A stretch of 64,000 nt of DNA from Podarcis bocagei. Its lineage: Eukaryota. The position numbers and the translations under genes are program-made. The notes beneath the pieces were generated by a model. That model made no database searches, was not told the origin of the DNA, and was given only the letters and a program-made list of their open reading frames with translations. Below are positions 50,606 to 64,000 of this stretch, in pieces (positions within the stretch are counted from its first letter, which is position 1; every line of letters starts with the position of its first letter). The stretch lies in the NCBI GenBank assembly GCA_964188305.1, contig OZ076890.1; one strand, written 5' to 3'.

Positions 50606-53401
50606 GAATCATTTATATTGACACCATTGGTACATGAAATACCAGTGGCTGCTTTTTTCATGCCTGGAAGACACAATTTCCCCTGTCACAAACCTGCACC
50701 AAAACCAGTTACTGTAGATAATGCATCCTGAGCCCATCTCATAATCCTCTTTCGCTATGCTGCACAGGAAATACAATATACGTACAGTACACACTCCATC
50801 TCAACCAAGTAATGCTCCAATGTTCTGTTGAATTCCTTCATGCTTTAGGAAAACCCTTGCATTGGAGTTAAAAGCATTTCCCACTAGAAATATTTTTCTG
50901 CTTGAGACTCTGTTGAAATGTGTGATGGATGCCTGTATTCGTTTTGATGGGAAAAGCTTAACAGTATGTAAATTATTTTTGACAAACACTTTATTTACAC
51001 AGTCACTAATGTTCTATTACATTAGTGTGGAAGTGATGTAATTAATTTTTATGTTATCTATGTAAAACTGTCCATTAGGTTCAGGAACCTAATTATGTTG
51101 GGAATTATGTTTGGTCTTGATAAATGTTCTCGAAAGAACGAAGAACAGAATCTTAAGACCAGAGTTCTCATGCATTACAGTGCCCGGTAAGGTGAACTGG
51201 GAAAGCTAAAATTTCAACTCTGAATTCACAAAGTGGCATTGGGGAAGATACTCGTTCAGCCCTGGCACCTCCAAGTAAAAAGGCCCATCCATTTCTGGAA
51301 GCTGTGGCTAGATGGAGCAATGGTCTGCCTTGCTTTCAGTCAGCTTCCTATGATCTACCTCCTGGTCTCTGTTGGCCATAAGTGTGGAACCAGAAGTAGT
51401 TTGCTTGCATTTGAAAGATCAAAGTGCCCATTTTTTGTGGGGGTTTTGTGGGGGGGGGGGAGACTATTACGCCCTAAATCCTGAAAGAACTTTCTCTACC
51501 CACAGCATCCATGTATGAAAAACTGGGCTACAACAACCAGGAGAGTAAAGGAAGTAGCCCAAGCCATGTATTCAGTGAAAGTTGTGAGCCGCTTTGAAGC
51601 TCTAAGAAAACAAACAAAAGCACATATGATACAAAGAAAGTGATTAAAAAGCTTGATTTAAAATAATTAATGGGTATTACACTTGTCCTTTTGGTTCTGG
51701 GGTTGGCAAGTTGTTAAATCTTTTAAAATCTTGAGAATTCCTAATGGACAGGGTTGCAAATGGGTTTTTTATTTAAGCTGGAATAAAGTACGCAGCATAC
51801 AATATATTTTTATAAAAATGTAATATGTTAACTTACTTGGGTGGCATTTAATATGTAGTAAAGATGTGAATGAAGTACTAGTGTCAGAATAATCAACTCG
51901 AGGGGAAATGGTCAGAATGCCTTTATCTATTAATATGATTTTGTAATGGTTGCACAGACAGCACAAATTATCTGAGCAGCTGTGAACTTGGTTTATTTTG
52001 TCAACTGTAACCAGTAAGTTCCATAAATATTCCAAAATATCTGGGGTTGGAGTAATAAAAGTCATATTCTGCATGTACTGTCTTGTGCTAATCGCAGCAG
52101 AGAATTCAGTTGTATTATACTGCTTCTGTCTCTAGGGTTTATTTCACATAATCCTGCTTTATGAGCAATATAAGTGAAAACAGTCGAACTCTCCCACCCC
52201 CCTTTCTGCTATGCTGCTCCTTGTAACTGGAATGTCTCTGCTCATAAAAATAAATGTGCTTCTGCTTCCTGATATATTTTATATATGAGAAGATTGAAAC
52301 AAGCCCACTCACAGTGTGTAGTGTTTAATATTAAATCATTCTTACTGATAAAATCCTCCTTTTTTGGTAGGAAGGTTTTCTTTAAACACATTCCCCCCCT
52401 CCAAAAAAATAATGTGCTAGAAGTAGTATTCTTGGTAGTGACTTTGGAGACTACAAGTATGTACTCAGGTGCTCAAAACAATACTTTGATAAATAACCTT
52501 GAGCCCCGTTCAATAAAGCTGCAGAATACCTTTCTTATATGCCAAATTTTAACATTACAAACCCATTCCTATTAACCTTGTGCATGGTGTAATGTGGTTT
52601 TAAGTGCCTCATGTTTTCACAGAGTTTGAAATAAGAGTGAAAAATATTTCATGAGCCAATGTACACATTCAAGTGTGTCCTTCAAAGGTAGATTTCAGTA
52701 AATATGGGTTAATAATAAGCTTCTTCTCCCAGGAGGAAATATAGCTTTAAAAACTTGGTGGGATGAAAGCTACCTTATCATTTCTTGGTTTAGTTTCTCC
52801 TCATTAGCCTGTTATTGACTGTGGTTCCCTTCTTGGGAATATCAAAACACATTTCGCTGCCAGAATTCATTGGCACCAACCGACTGAGTCAGAGCCTAAT
52901 GCTATTACAAGGTCTGCAACAGCTGCAACAGCCATACATCTGCAAGTCATTTGGAAATGCGATAGAAACTATCCATTACATGGAATTGTACCTTATATAT
53001 TAGTGTGTTACCGCTAGCAGTCTTTCAGTGACAATATGAGCGGGCCTCTCCACTTTTCTAATTTAATTATATGCAGTTGAATAAATATCTGATACTTCCA
53101 ATAGGCAATATATCCTTAATAGTTCCAGTTACAGACCTTGGGTATTGCCCAAGCTTCTGAGAACTTTACAATTTATTATGTAACCCCGGGCATTCTATAA
53201 AAGGTGTCACCAAAGGAAATACGTTTTCCTGCAGGTTTTCTTGGGCCAATCCCCTTCTTTGACTGAGAATAGTAAGTCAACTCCTCGCCTCTTCTCTAAT
53301 TTAGTCCTTCCATGTGTCACATTCAAGTTGATTCCCAAAGAAATTAATCAAGGCTGTGCGGATTTCAGTCAGTTTAGCTACACAAAAGCCAACATGAACT
53401 A

Positions 53402-53632
53402 CAGTGGTACCTTTGGTTAAGTACTTAATTCGTTCCGGAGATCTGTTCTTAACCTAAAACTGTTCTTTACCTGAAGCACCACTTTAGCTAATGGGGCCTC
53501 CCGCTGCCGCTGCATGATTTCTGTTCTCATCCTGAAGCAAAGTTCTTAACCCGAGGTACTATTTCTGGGTTAGCAGAGTCTGTAACCTGAAGTGTATGTA
53601 ACCTGAAGCGTATGTAACCCGAGGTACCACTG
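53402..53632. mobile_element. Tc1/mariner (Tigger-like) MITE
   Basis: TIR CAGTGGTACCT...AGGTACCACTG, TA TSD both sides. Confidence 0.9.
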
Positions 53633-55562
53633 TATTAAAATGGAATTATCCTAGTGCTCACTGCTTGTCAGCTCACTTCTACAAAAGGGATGCTAGGCAA
53701 GGGAGTGAGCTCCCATACAACCCCAATGTTTGGCATGAAGTTTCTCTCTTCTAACCTGAGGAATGAACCAGAAACCCACATTACAATGCAGTTAGTGCCA
53801 CTTCCTATCAAGCAGTTGAGAGGCCATTAAAAAAAGGCATTGTGAGCCAAAATGAGGAAGGGGTGGTGACAAGCCGTTCTCTCTCACCCATACTTTCCCT
53901 TCGCAGCTGTTTTTCCTGCTAGAAGAAATCAAGAAAACCCAGATTGTAAATTGTCATGATGCTGTACTGTCTGATTCAGCCCATACCATATTTCAACTGT
54001 GTGTCACTGGAAACTCTCCTGCTGCTCTCTGAAGAGCTGCTCCATGCCTGAAAGAGGGCTCCACAACCCTCCACTGCTTGCACTGACTGACTTGCTCCTT
54101 GCTGAAGCATTGCATGGTATTAAGAGATAACCTTTTGCTCACAAGTATCTAACAGTTCTGCATCACTGGGACTCTCATGTTTTTGCACAGAATCCTGGCA
54201 ATAATTACATCTTGGTATAATTCTGGATGATCGATCTCTAAGCCCCACCATGCTCCCAGAACTATTGTTATCATGGTTCTGGGGGGAATTACTGGGCAGC
54301 CAGCCCAAGTCAGGAATAGGGAAGCTGTGGCCCTGCAGATTTCATTGGACTCCGCCTTACATCAGCCACAGGCACCATGGCAAATGGTCAGGAATAATGG
54401 CGATGTGGCCCCCCAAACATCTGGAGGGCCACAGGTTCCCCATCCCTGGCTTAAGTTTATAACATACCGTAGCTTCAACCTTTGGGCAGACAAAGGTAGA
54501 TAGAATTCATTTTCAGACTTCTCTAATCATGTTTTGAATTGAGTGTGTACCATGTTTTGGCAATCTATCCGTTATAGAAAAACTTTAGTTTTAATATTCT
54601 CATGAGGTGCAAGCACTGTCTCTGTATAATTACACTAATCTTTAAAAGTCCCAATTACATTTATTGTAATGGGACTAAAGATGTAAGAAAAAGTTTCCTA
54701 CCTCAAAATAGCTTTTATTTTGTGGGTATGGCAATAGACAACAGATGGGGAGAGAAAAAGGAGTGGAAACCCAGGCAGTCAATTCAACAGCTGCAAAACC
54801 ATTCCTAATTTCTTTTGTTATTTTGATTAATTTTGAATTAAGTATGAAAATAGGGAAGCTTGTAGTTTTTATCTTAATTACTGCATTTCAATAATGCTCT
54901 CACTATTGCTCAAAACATCAGACTGAATCCATCAGCTGCCTATGCAAGATTACAAGACATTTTAAAGTCTACTTCGAACAGAAGGCAATTAAAGTCTGCT
55001 TGCAATTGGAAAGTAAGTCTAGGAAATTGTTTTCCTACTCAGTAAGCTTCCTGTGTGCATATAGAGCCCAAATTGCTTGCTTTTACTGGCAATTCATTTT
55101 CCTTGGTGTGATATAAAACCAAAGCATACATATATATTTTTTTCTAATCCTAAAACAAGTGGCAAAATGTATGTAATAAAAATGAAAAGTACATTAACAT
55201 TATGTACGGCTTACTCGAGCAGCAAGGAAGTCCTCTAATAGGACTTTGGACCAATGCATCACTTTAGAAATTAAGCGACATAATTGAAAAATCTAATATG
55301 GAGCATTGCACAGGTGGTATTAACATCCGGGCCATCAAAGTGTGAAGATTTAATGCTTTGGAGATTCCTGGCCGTGCAGTGGTGTCACAGAGCTGTAGTA
55401 ATGTTGGCAGTAAGATTGTTAAGCAGTGCAGTTGTTCAGAAAGCTCTGGAAAGGGACAATCAATCAATGTGATATTTGGACATATCCCATTATTTTCCTC
55501 AGTATCTGTTGGCTGGTTTGTTACCTTGGAGTTGAATTTATTGCAGCAACATTGCCTTTCAA

Positions 55563-55707
55563 AGAATCATAGAACTGTAGAGTTGGAAGGGACCCTGTGG
55601 ATCATCTAATCCAAACCCCTGCGATGCAGGAATATGCAGCTGTCCCAAACGGGGATTGAACCTGCGACCTGGGCATTATTAGCACCATGCTCTAGCCGAC
55701 TGAGCTG
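55563..55707 (-). mobile_element. tRNA-derived SINE with CR1 tail
   Basis: CR1-type tail agaatcatagaactgtagagttggaaggg; tRNA-like head on reverse strand (cagctcagtcggctagagcatggtgctaataatgcc...ggttcaatccc). Confidence 0.7.
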
Positions 55708-58264
55708 TTCATGTTAAGGAACATTGTGAATTTTTGACACTTGTGTATTTTGTAGACATAGTAGTGTCTTGTTCAGGCAGTAGTGCAGCAGACAGTAGTT
55801 TTGCTGAAACACACAAACGTTTAATATAAATGAATATTAATTCATGTTGGTAAACTGCTCTTACATAAAATAGATGAAGAAGGCTGAAAGCAAGTTTGGC
55901 CCAGGAGGATTAACAATCACCAGAGGCTACTTTAAATTTCATACACACATGAACTTAGTGAGGCATGTCAATTGGGGGAAGGTGGCAATGAAGCTGTGTG
56001 TGTTTTCCACTCTATTTTCTTCTTTAATAACATTCTGTTGTTTTACTTTTAATTAATTAGAACAACATTCATTTTATGTCAAGTTTTCCCCATCTGGTCA
56101 ATCCTATTTATTTCCCACTGATTTTGATGGAAGATCCAGACACTTTCTTGCTGCTGGCAAGTTTGGATGGAAAATACCAATCTACACAACTTTTAAAGGT
56201 ATTCATTCTACTGCCCTCCAAGGGAAAAGACCTGCCAAATTTCAGAGAGAGGAACAAAAAGTGTGCCTGTTTTATAGATAGTTTTAAAAGGCACAAAGAT
56301 ACCCAGCCAAACTTCTATTTAAAATGGCATCTATTTTTAGTATAAGTCCAGAACTCCAACAGGTGCTTACAGAGTGTAAATTAAAAAAACAAAAAACCAA
56401 GGGGATTTTTAAGACTTAAGGACCAATGGTCCAGGAACATTCCTGAGCCTTGGAAGGAAGAAGCTGTACAGCCCTCAGTTTGCTTAATCTTGCTCTTGGA
56501 AAACTTCTAATATGAGAAACAAAGGCCGTTACAGATCCCCCTTGTTATTAAGCTCCTCTTGTCCCTCTATGTCCTTGACCTCTTTAAGGTACAGTGAGAT
56601 TTTTTAGGCAAAAGAAGGATAGAAATGTTAATAAATGACTTATTTTTGCCCGCTGTGTTGGAGGTTTTGTGGTTGCTTCATCAGACACAGTATTTTGGGC
56701 AATTCCCTCTTGCACTCCTTCTAAATCTGCTCTGGAGAGTCCCTCAACCCTCTTGAGCAGATTTGGGGGAGAGATTGCAAGGGGAAGAAGTCGTCTCTAA
56801 TTAATTGTTTCAACCCAGTTCCAGTGACAAAAGCCTTAGTGTCATCTGATACAACCCACAGCAATAAAATTTGTTTTTAATTATATTTAACATTGGCATG
56901 GCTTGCACATCACACTAAACCATAATTTAATGTGTTGTGAACACGCATTAATGAGCTGCACAGATCTTTCAGTCTGGACTCTACTTCCTTTTTGTTCTTC
57001 TGTGTTTCTGGGAGGACTTCAGATGCTTTCATTTCTGCTTTTAATTAATCATAGCTTGCCACGTTATTCGGACAAAGTACTGCGGTTAATCTGAACTATG
57101 GGAAATTTAAAACAAACCAACGTAGTAACTATGGTTTGAAGTTGGCTGATTTGAAAAGAACTATTGTTAATGTTAACCACATTTTATTGGTCCAAATGAA
57201 GCAATAAACCAGTGTTAGACAAAACTGGAAGCTTCTGAACTCCTTCTCCCAAATGTGCAGAATTGGAGCATGCAAGCTAATTCCAGTTTTAACAATAGTT
57301 TGTACAACGTGGAACAATGAGACACAAACAAACATGTCCGTTGTTTAAGTTACCTCAGGCATTGGGGGGGGGCAGGAGAAAGGCAAAGTAGAGATATAAA
57401 ATTTGAATGCTAAAGGAACACAGCTCTAAAATTATGTTCATCTCTCTCAACACATAATGCATCTTATTCACTTGCTGACACATGAACAGTTGTAGACATA
57501 TGCAAGTTGGATCCAGAGTTAGCCATGCTTAATGTAGAACTGCTTTTTCATGCAGATGTGGTACATAGCTGTCAACTTTTCCCTTTTCTTGCGAGGAATC
57601 CTATTCAGAATAAGGGGATTTCCCTTAAAAAAGGGGGAAAGTTGACAGCTATGATGTGGTATATGTTGTTGCTGTTAACGTTGCTCTCTGGTCTTTGACT
57701 GCAATAAAGATTAATTGATTGATTGACCCTCTAAAATCAATTGGACTTCAGTTAGTCACAATCAACTTGTCCCACAAATTTCAACAGGTCTACTCTAAGC
57801 TTGAATAAAGCTGCAGTCCTAACCCCACTGAATTCTATGGGATGTATATCAGAGTATGCCTAGTTAGGATTGCAGCCTAAGCCTGGAGTCAGCTCACATA
57901 TGGCATCTTGTTTGCTTTCAACTAGTAATGAAACACTTCAAATTTGTCCCACTAGGCCAGAGTTATAGCTACCTAAAGCTATATGTGGCTAGCAGAGTCA
58001 ACTAGCTAACTTCATATTCATCTTGGTCTACATATTTCTAAACACAAGCAAAAGAAGTTTCATTATATTAATTTTTTTAAAAGAAAAAATGAAAGTGCAG
58101 TTTTAAAAGAGTTTTTTCAAGAGTTTCCAGAAGTTTAGAGGGTGTTTGCAGGCTTTTTAGATAGTGTTTCAAATATATGCATTTCACATAAATGCACAAT
58201 TCCTCAGAACACAACTCCCTGCATAAACCGGGAGTTGCCTGTATTGAAAATGCAGTATTTTTTG

Positions 58265-58516
58265 CAGTGGTACCTCTGGATGCGAACGGGATCTGTTCCG
58301 GAGCCCCGTTCGCATCCTGAGCAGAACGCAACCTGCGTCTGCGTGTGCAAGGGTTGCGATTTGCCGCTTCTTCGCATGCGCGGGATGTCATTTTGAGCAT
58401 CTGCACATGCGCGAGTGGCGAAACCCGGAAGTAACACGTTCTGTTACTTCCGGGTCGCCGCGGAGCGTAACCTGAAAACGCTCAACCTGAAGTGACTTTA
58501 ACCCGAGGTATGACTG
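58265..58516. mobile_element. Tc1/mariner (Tigger-like) MITE
   Basis: CAGTGGTACCTC...GAGGTATGACTG termini, TG/TA flanks; related to 53402-53632. Confidence 0.85.
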
Positions 58517-58783
58517 TATTTGAGTTTAGTCTCAATTGATAGGTGATCTGAATGGATTTCATAGGCAGGGATTTTTCCGATAATTTTAGCAATGCAAGTG
58601 TGCCACTGAGAATACACAGTGGGAGATTATTGTTAGAACTAGAACCTGATTTTGTAACTTCTCAAAGGGGCTCCATGTGTTTAAAAAACTGACAGCCAGC
58701 AAACTCATTTGCAGCACTTTAATTGTAGCATGGATATTCCTTCATTGTCAGAATTAATTTGTTTGTGCATTTCCGCATTTAAT

Positions 58784-58950
58784 TCAATGTCGTGGAGATA
58801 CTCTCCCAGAGGATGGCTGAGGCAGCCTGAATTTTGCAAGCTGAACGTCATAATCCACAAAGGTGTATGATGTATAATCATGGTGCTGCAGATTCTTGTA
58901 GGTAGACATGTCAAATGTTTCTGGAGCAGTTTCAGCTGGCGGCTCGGCCT
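58784..58950 (-). CDS. NDUFV3: NDUFV3 terminal exon (conserved complex I-binding C-terminus)
   Basis: catag|AG GCC...; [55 protein letters not shown], matching NDUFV3 '[13 protein letters not shown]....LSKFRMPQPSSGRESPRH'; ATTAAA immediately after the stop (58778-58783). Confidence 0.96.
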
Positions 58951-59397
58951 CTATGAGGAGAAAATATACTTGTGAATTCAGAGATAAAATAAACACCAAG
59001 TTATTTCTGGCCGAGTCAGATTTCATGGAGATTTCTCTGTCACTGGAAACAGCAGCTAACCACTGATATTTTATGAGAAATCAAAAATATACTATATTAA
59101 ACATAACTTGAATTTGAACATATAGCAATCAATGCCTTAAGTTACATAAAATAAAAGGTACACATCTAGCTGCAACTGATTTTGTGAAGGTTAGTTTGTT
59201 TCTTTTAATATTCTCAGTCAGGAAAACTAATGTCAAGATTCAAAACAGGAGCATGTGCATGTGAGACTATTCCACACGTGCAATTCAAGCTTTGTTGTTG
59301 ATTTGTATCACAACCATTCTCACTGTTAGGGGCAAGAAACTGTCTTTCCCTGGCAGCAGAAGTGCTGCTGTGAAAAACAAGAAAGCACAGCTCAGAC

Positions 59398-59436
<39 letters not shown>

Positions 59437-59476
59437 CCTGCCCATCTGGCTGGGTTTCCCCAGCCACTCTGGGCTC
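59398..59476 (-). repeat. (AAT)n microsatellite plus short retroelement 3' tail
   Basis: AAT run followed by ccctgcccatctggctgggtttccccagccactctgggc, a common squamate LINE-tail fragment. Confidence 0.65.
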
Positions 59477-61638
59477 ATAGCACTGATCTCCCCTGCACAT
59501 GAATGTTCTGCTTTGGGATCAAGGGCTCAATGGTTGAATTTTTGCAGATTTTGAAACTACTCCACAGCTTTCAATGGAGTATTCAAAATCAAAGAGAGTT
59601 TGCTGTTGAATCTAAATCTAATTAAAACTTTATAAAATTTATATTAAAAAGATATTTGCATTTCGCCTCCCTCAGAGTATTTAGCTCCCTACTAAGTTCA
59701 CAAAATCCAAAAGATGTTCATCCTTCAATAAACTTCTACAAAAACAGTGCAGTGCAATAAGAACCCTGTCAGTGCCATGAAACACAAGACTGGTGCTCCT
59801 TTGCCTGTAACATATAAAAATTCCTAAGGAAGCATCTCCCAAATTGAGAAATTGGAGACTATTATGACCACAACTAGTTTATATAACTCAATATTTTACT
59901 CAACATTGCATTCTCATTCACCTGCCTTTAACAATGAGCCGTGTATATTTTTAGATCATTATTTTTATTTTAAGATATACAGAGTCCCCTCTATGCTCTG
60001 TATTATGCCTTGGTCAGTAGGTGGAGGACATAGAAAATGGAAACAGCAGAAAAGCTTGCACCTAGTGTTAGAGAGGCAAAAGATTTTGTGCATAGCCAAG
60101 CACTTGATTGACAATGGGAAAACTCAGCATATGTTGCAGCCTTTTCCTCTGAAATCAATAGGACTTTAAAATGTTTATGCCCTGTACAGAAACCCACACC
60201 ATATTTGGCTTTTAGTTAGACTGACATCAGCATCAAGTGGTTCCACTAACTTCCACTGAATTACAACTTGATAATTAAATACGGTCTGCTTTAAGGTTTC
60301 ATGTTTCACCAACCTTCCCTTCCTCCACGCTTAATTGCCATTATCTCAATTTTTCCTGGGCTACAACCAAGTAGAAATGAAAGGCTCAAAGCATTCTCAG
60401 TATATAGTCTCAACAATGCTTCTTCTAGTCACCACTGCCCTCTGCTGGATACACAGAAGCCTGAACATTTGGGAAGCTTCATAGTAATGGTGTGTGTAAA
60501 ATTAGCACTCAATTAAATAGTTTCTTCCAGTAGGCTTCCTTACTTTTCATGCCATGTAGAAGTCACCTTTCAACTGGCTTGAGTATTATTTTCTCTGCCT
60601 TACAGAGTGACAAATTATTGGGGAGAGAATGTTTTAGTAAGAAAAAAAAGAACAAGATGAGTGTACTACAAAATACAAGACACAGGAAGAGGAAGGACAT
60701 AATGAAGAACATGGTTTGAATGGGTGAACTTATCCAGTCTTTGACATATTGGGATGGTGTGAGGGGAGAGAGAGACAAGAATTGATTTCTTGTGAGGTTT
60801 TGGTGTGTTTTGAGACCAAAGGACTCCCTCATAGTCTACAAACATTACAAGACCAAATGTGTATGGGAGTTCCAGTATCAGAGATATATTACTAGGGGAG
60901 AAGATATGAGAAAGGCATGTGCTGTGAATGTCCCTTGTTGCTAATGCTGGATTCCGAAGCGATATCTTTGCTAGCCTGAAGGCATAGCATCCCCATCATT
61001 CCTTTGGTGCCAAAGCTAACTTTGTTCCTTGTGATCGCATCAGCACAGCAGAGCCGGCTTATGCATCTGCAAGAGAACTGTGAAAGGAGGAAAAAGACAA
61101 GAGTCGAGAGTACTGGAGGAACAGACAGTCCCAGTAGAAAATCAGCTGTTAAGCCTGAGGGCAAGTGCTGGGCAGGAAGAGAAGGAGACTGCAAAATAGA
61201 TTGCTCAATAGCCTCATTGTGCTTCTAGCAAAAGTGGAGCAAAATTCCAATTTTGATAAGGCAGCCTATTTGAACTCGGCTCAATTTGGCTTTGAAGGAC
61301 CTCCCTTCCTTTTATCACCTTTCAGTATTTCAGATGGTTATAATCACTGGTACAGAAGAACGCTGTGAAAACACGTACTGCTTTCTCCCACCAACAGTCT
61401 AAAAGCCAAGCAGGAGAATCAAAGAAAAGATGACTGGAAGCGCAAAGAACTAGATAAAGAACTCATCAGCAAAGCAGAAAAGTCTGCAAAAACAACTGCA
61501 TTAAGCTCTAGAAAAGAGCAGAAGAGATTCCAGAATGTTTTTAGCAATGCCAGTACTCAAGAGTACAAGATATTTGCTCATAAACAGCCCTCAGCCCCCG
61601 CAGCACATCAGTGTAGAACAAACAAGATAAAGTGATAC

Positions 61639-62587
61639 CCTGTATAGTGCTTTGTTGTTCAGTCTGAACTCCTGCTTCCAGGGCAATCTCCTCCTTCACT
61701 GTGGTTTCTGCCACTGGCACTCTGCCACCCAAAACCTCTCCTTGTGGCACAGCAGCAGTTCTTCCTTGCATGTCAGTCTGTTGTGCCTCCATTGCCACAC
61801 TTCCCCCCTGTCTTGGCAAAGTCAGATTTTGAGCTGCATTTTGTTGAGGCACTGACTGAGTTCTAGACAATGTACTTGAAGTTGCTCCAAGGGGTGACGC
61901 TTCAGGGAGAGATGCCTCCAGCTGCTTAGCTACGTCTGTTGGCCTCTGACTCTCTGCAACTTTTGTTCCAAAGTCGGTGCTCTTTAAACGAGCTTCTTCG
62001 TATCTTCGGTTTGTGGCAGACTTTGACAAATCTGACCATAACAATTTGTCACCGGCTGTGGTCTGATGCACCTCCTTTTGTTTCACGGGGCTTTCTGTGA
62101 ATCCAGGACTAAAAGGGAGCTTCTCGGCTGCTTTGCCTTTGACCTGCTCTTGGGGAACGTGTTTTTCGCTTCTTATCTTTGCTTTCTTCGTTCTATCACC
62201 AGAAGAGGGGGGATCTCGACTTGGAAATGACACTTTGGTTTTTATGGTATCTTCGAAGGCAGAATCTTCCTCATCAGAATCAGAGCTAGAATCTGACTCA
62301 GAGCTTGAGGAAGAGGATGTCTCTTCATCTCCCTTCTTCTTCCCCAAGCCTGCTGTTGAGGAAACAACAGACTGTCCCTCAAGAGAAGGAAGCTTTGCTC
62401 TCTGAGGAAATTTTACCACAGTTTTCTTAGCCAAGTATTTCCTCAGATCTTCATCTTTTAATTTTACAGCAGCATCAGGTTTAGTGTTAATTATCTCACC
62501 TTTATCTGTAAATTGTGGAAAAGAGGAGACAGCTTTTAAACGACATTCAACTGTTGTTTTCACACACTCCTTTGGTGCCAATTACAT
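61639..62587 (-). CDS. NDUFV3: NDUFV3 long-isoform cassette exon (frameshifted at the homologous acceptor; in-frame alternative acceptor gives 61639-62505)
   Basis: Motifs 'RKYLAKKTVVKFPQ' and the Ser-rich 'SSSSSSESDSSSDSDEE' match NDUFV3L; donor CAG G|gtatca is phase 1, compatible with the terminal exon. Confidence 0.88.
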
Positions 62588-64000
62588 CTACAAAATGGCA
62601 AAGAACAATATCATTTTGGAATAAACCGCTTCAAACACACCCATTAATATGGAATTCTACTTAATAGTTGTGAAGTTATCTGGTATAAACACCAGTCTGG
62701 AAGCTCAGTTTCCATTACACGCTGCATTTCATACAAAAATGTCAAAAAGTGTCCTTTGCTTGCAGAATTCTCTCACAGGAACATGAAGGTTATTTCCTCC
62801 TGTTTGTGCCACGCTGCCTGTGAACATCATTTCATCAGAAACACTCTGTTCCAATCTGTGAAATGTGGATGAAAACACTCTCCTATCTCCTCGAGTGCAT
62901 TGTGAAGAGCACACTTAGCAGTGTGAAGAGTATATTTAGCACTGCAGTATCTAAGTACCTCAACTACATTCAACACATTTTGTGAGAAATTTATTCAAAC
63001 AAACTTTCAACAGCAGCAATATAATCTGTTGGGAGTGCGATCCTCCTATGGTTTTACATGGAAAAGAAAACATTTGCCTTTTCCAGTATTTGTTTATCAT
63101 GCAGAATAAATATTTTGCCTTTCAGTGGTGCTTCCTGGAGTAGGATCTTCCCTTGTATTTAACATTCAGAAGCATTCTGCCTTTATACACAACAAGTTTA
63201 GCCACCATTTATAGACCTATCCTACAGCAATTAATCTATTCTTGTTAAAAGCCACTATCAGTATTTCTTGTGGCAGTGAATTGCATACATTGATTATATG
63301 ACAACCTCTTGTTCAATATTAGAAATACTCATCAATGAAAAAGATGTAGTGCTTATGCAAGACCTTAAGAGACAGAAGGAAGATTTACTGGCCAAGACTC
63401 CCCCCATATGTTTTGCAGACTTCATGATCTAGGAAGTGCACCCAATATTCCTTGAAGAAAAGGGGAGGACCACATTTTCTTTTGACTCCTCTGTAATGTG
63501 CTGGGTGCATTTCCTTGATTTGTTACCAATTGTCTGAGCACCAATTAATCACAGAAGGTTGTATTTCGGAATCAAGTATGTGAATCAATTAAGTATGTGA
63601 TCATAATGCAGGGAATCAGTATGTTTGGATCTTAGGAACAATAAAATTAATCCTATTCTAAGTTGTTCTTGCACCAAGAGCACTTAACAGAAACCTTAGC
63701 AGAGAGTGCCAAAAGACATTAAATAAGCAAGACAGCATAAAACTAAGCCAGAGTAGTATACATGATATGAAGTTCAGACAGCTAAGAAAGAATGAAATCA
63801 TCAGCATGGAAATGAGAACTGACCATCATTAAAGACTGGGGAAAAGAGAACAGTATTTGAAGCATGGTAGCAGAATTATTCATTTTCAGATTATTGATAA
63901 GTGAAGTTAGCGTTGAGAAAATTAATTAGGGACTGAACAAAACTTGTAACTTAAAAGTCAATGGCCACATTGCAGCTACTTTCTAAGTAGCAACACTGAG

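Noticed and set aside
43000-58700. Possible gene or ERV env in the NDUFV3-PKNOX1 interval (primate ERVH48-1 lies at the syntenic position)
   Set aside because: No env-like or other credible coding sequence seen; only TEs and short chance ORFs.
61541-62581. 346-aa ORF as a stand-alone gene
   Set aside because: It starts at a TTG right after a TAA and runs past the splice donor at 61639; it is the NDUFV3 long cassette exon.

Overview
Eukaryotic (vertebrate) genomic DNA, almost certainly a squamate reptile. A Sauria SINE and the MITE/CR1/L2/L1 repertoire suggest a lacertid lizard. The window is syntenic with the human chr21 block NDUFV3-PKNOX1-CBS. It holds the last five coding exons of a cystathionine beta-synthase gene (+, 1278-5905), the complete PKNOX1/PREP1 gene (-, 10 coding exons totalling 1311 nt = 436 aa, CpG-island promoter near 42 kb) and the last two exons of NDUFV3 (-). 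The main unexpected item lies between CBS and PKNOX1: a compact two-exon gene (TATA box, non-coding exon 1, CDS 11604-12113) encoding a secreted 169-aa protein. Its 22 mature cysteines match, one for one, the N-terminal cysteine-rich Na subdomain of fibulin-2 as I recall it, making it a stand-alone 'mini-fibulin-2-N' protein. Other notable points: a +1 frameshift at the start of the NDUFV3 long-isoform exon with a possible rescuing acceptor, a retroposed 28S rRNA 5' fragment with a 10-bp TSD inside an old CR1, and PREP/PBX binding motifs at the PKNOX1 first exon. Homology calls rest on recalled sequences, not database searches. Most ORFs in the supplied track are spurious.
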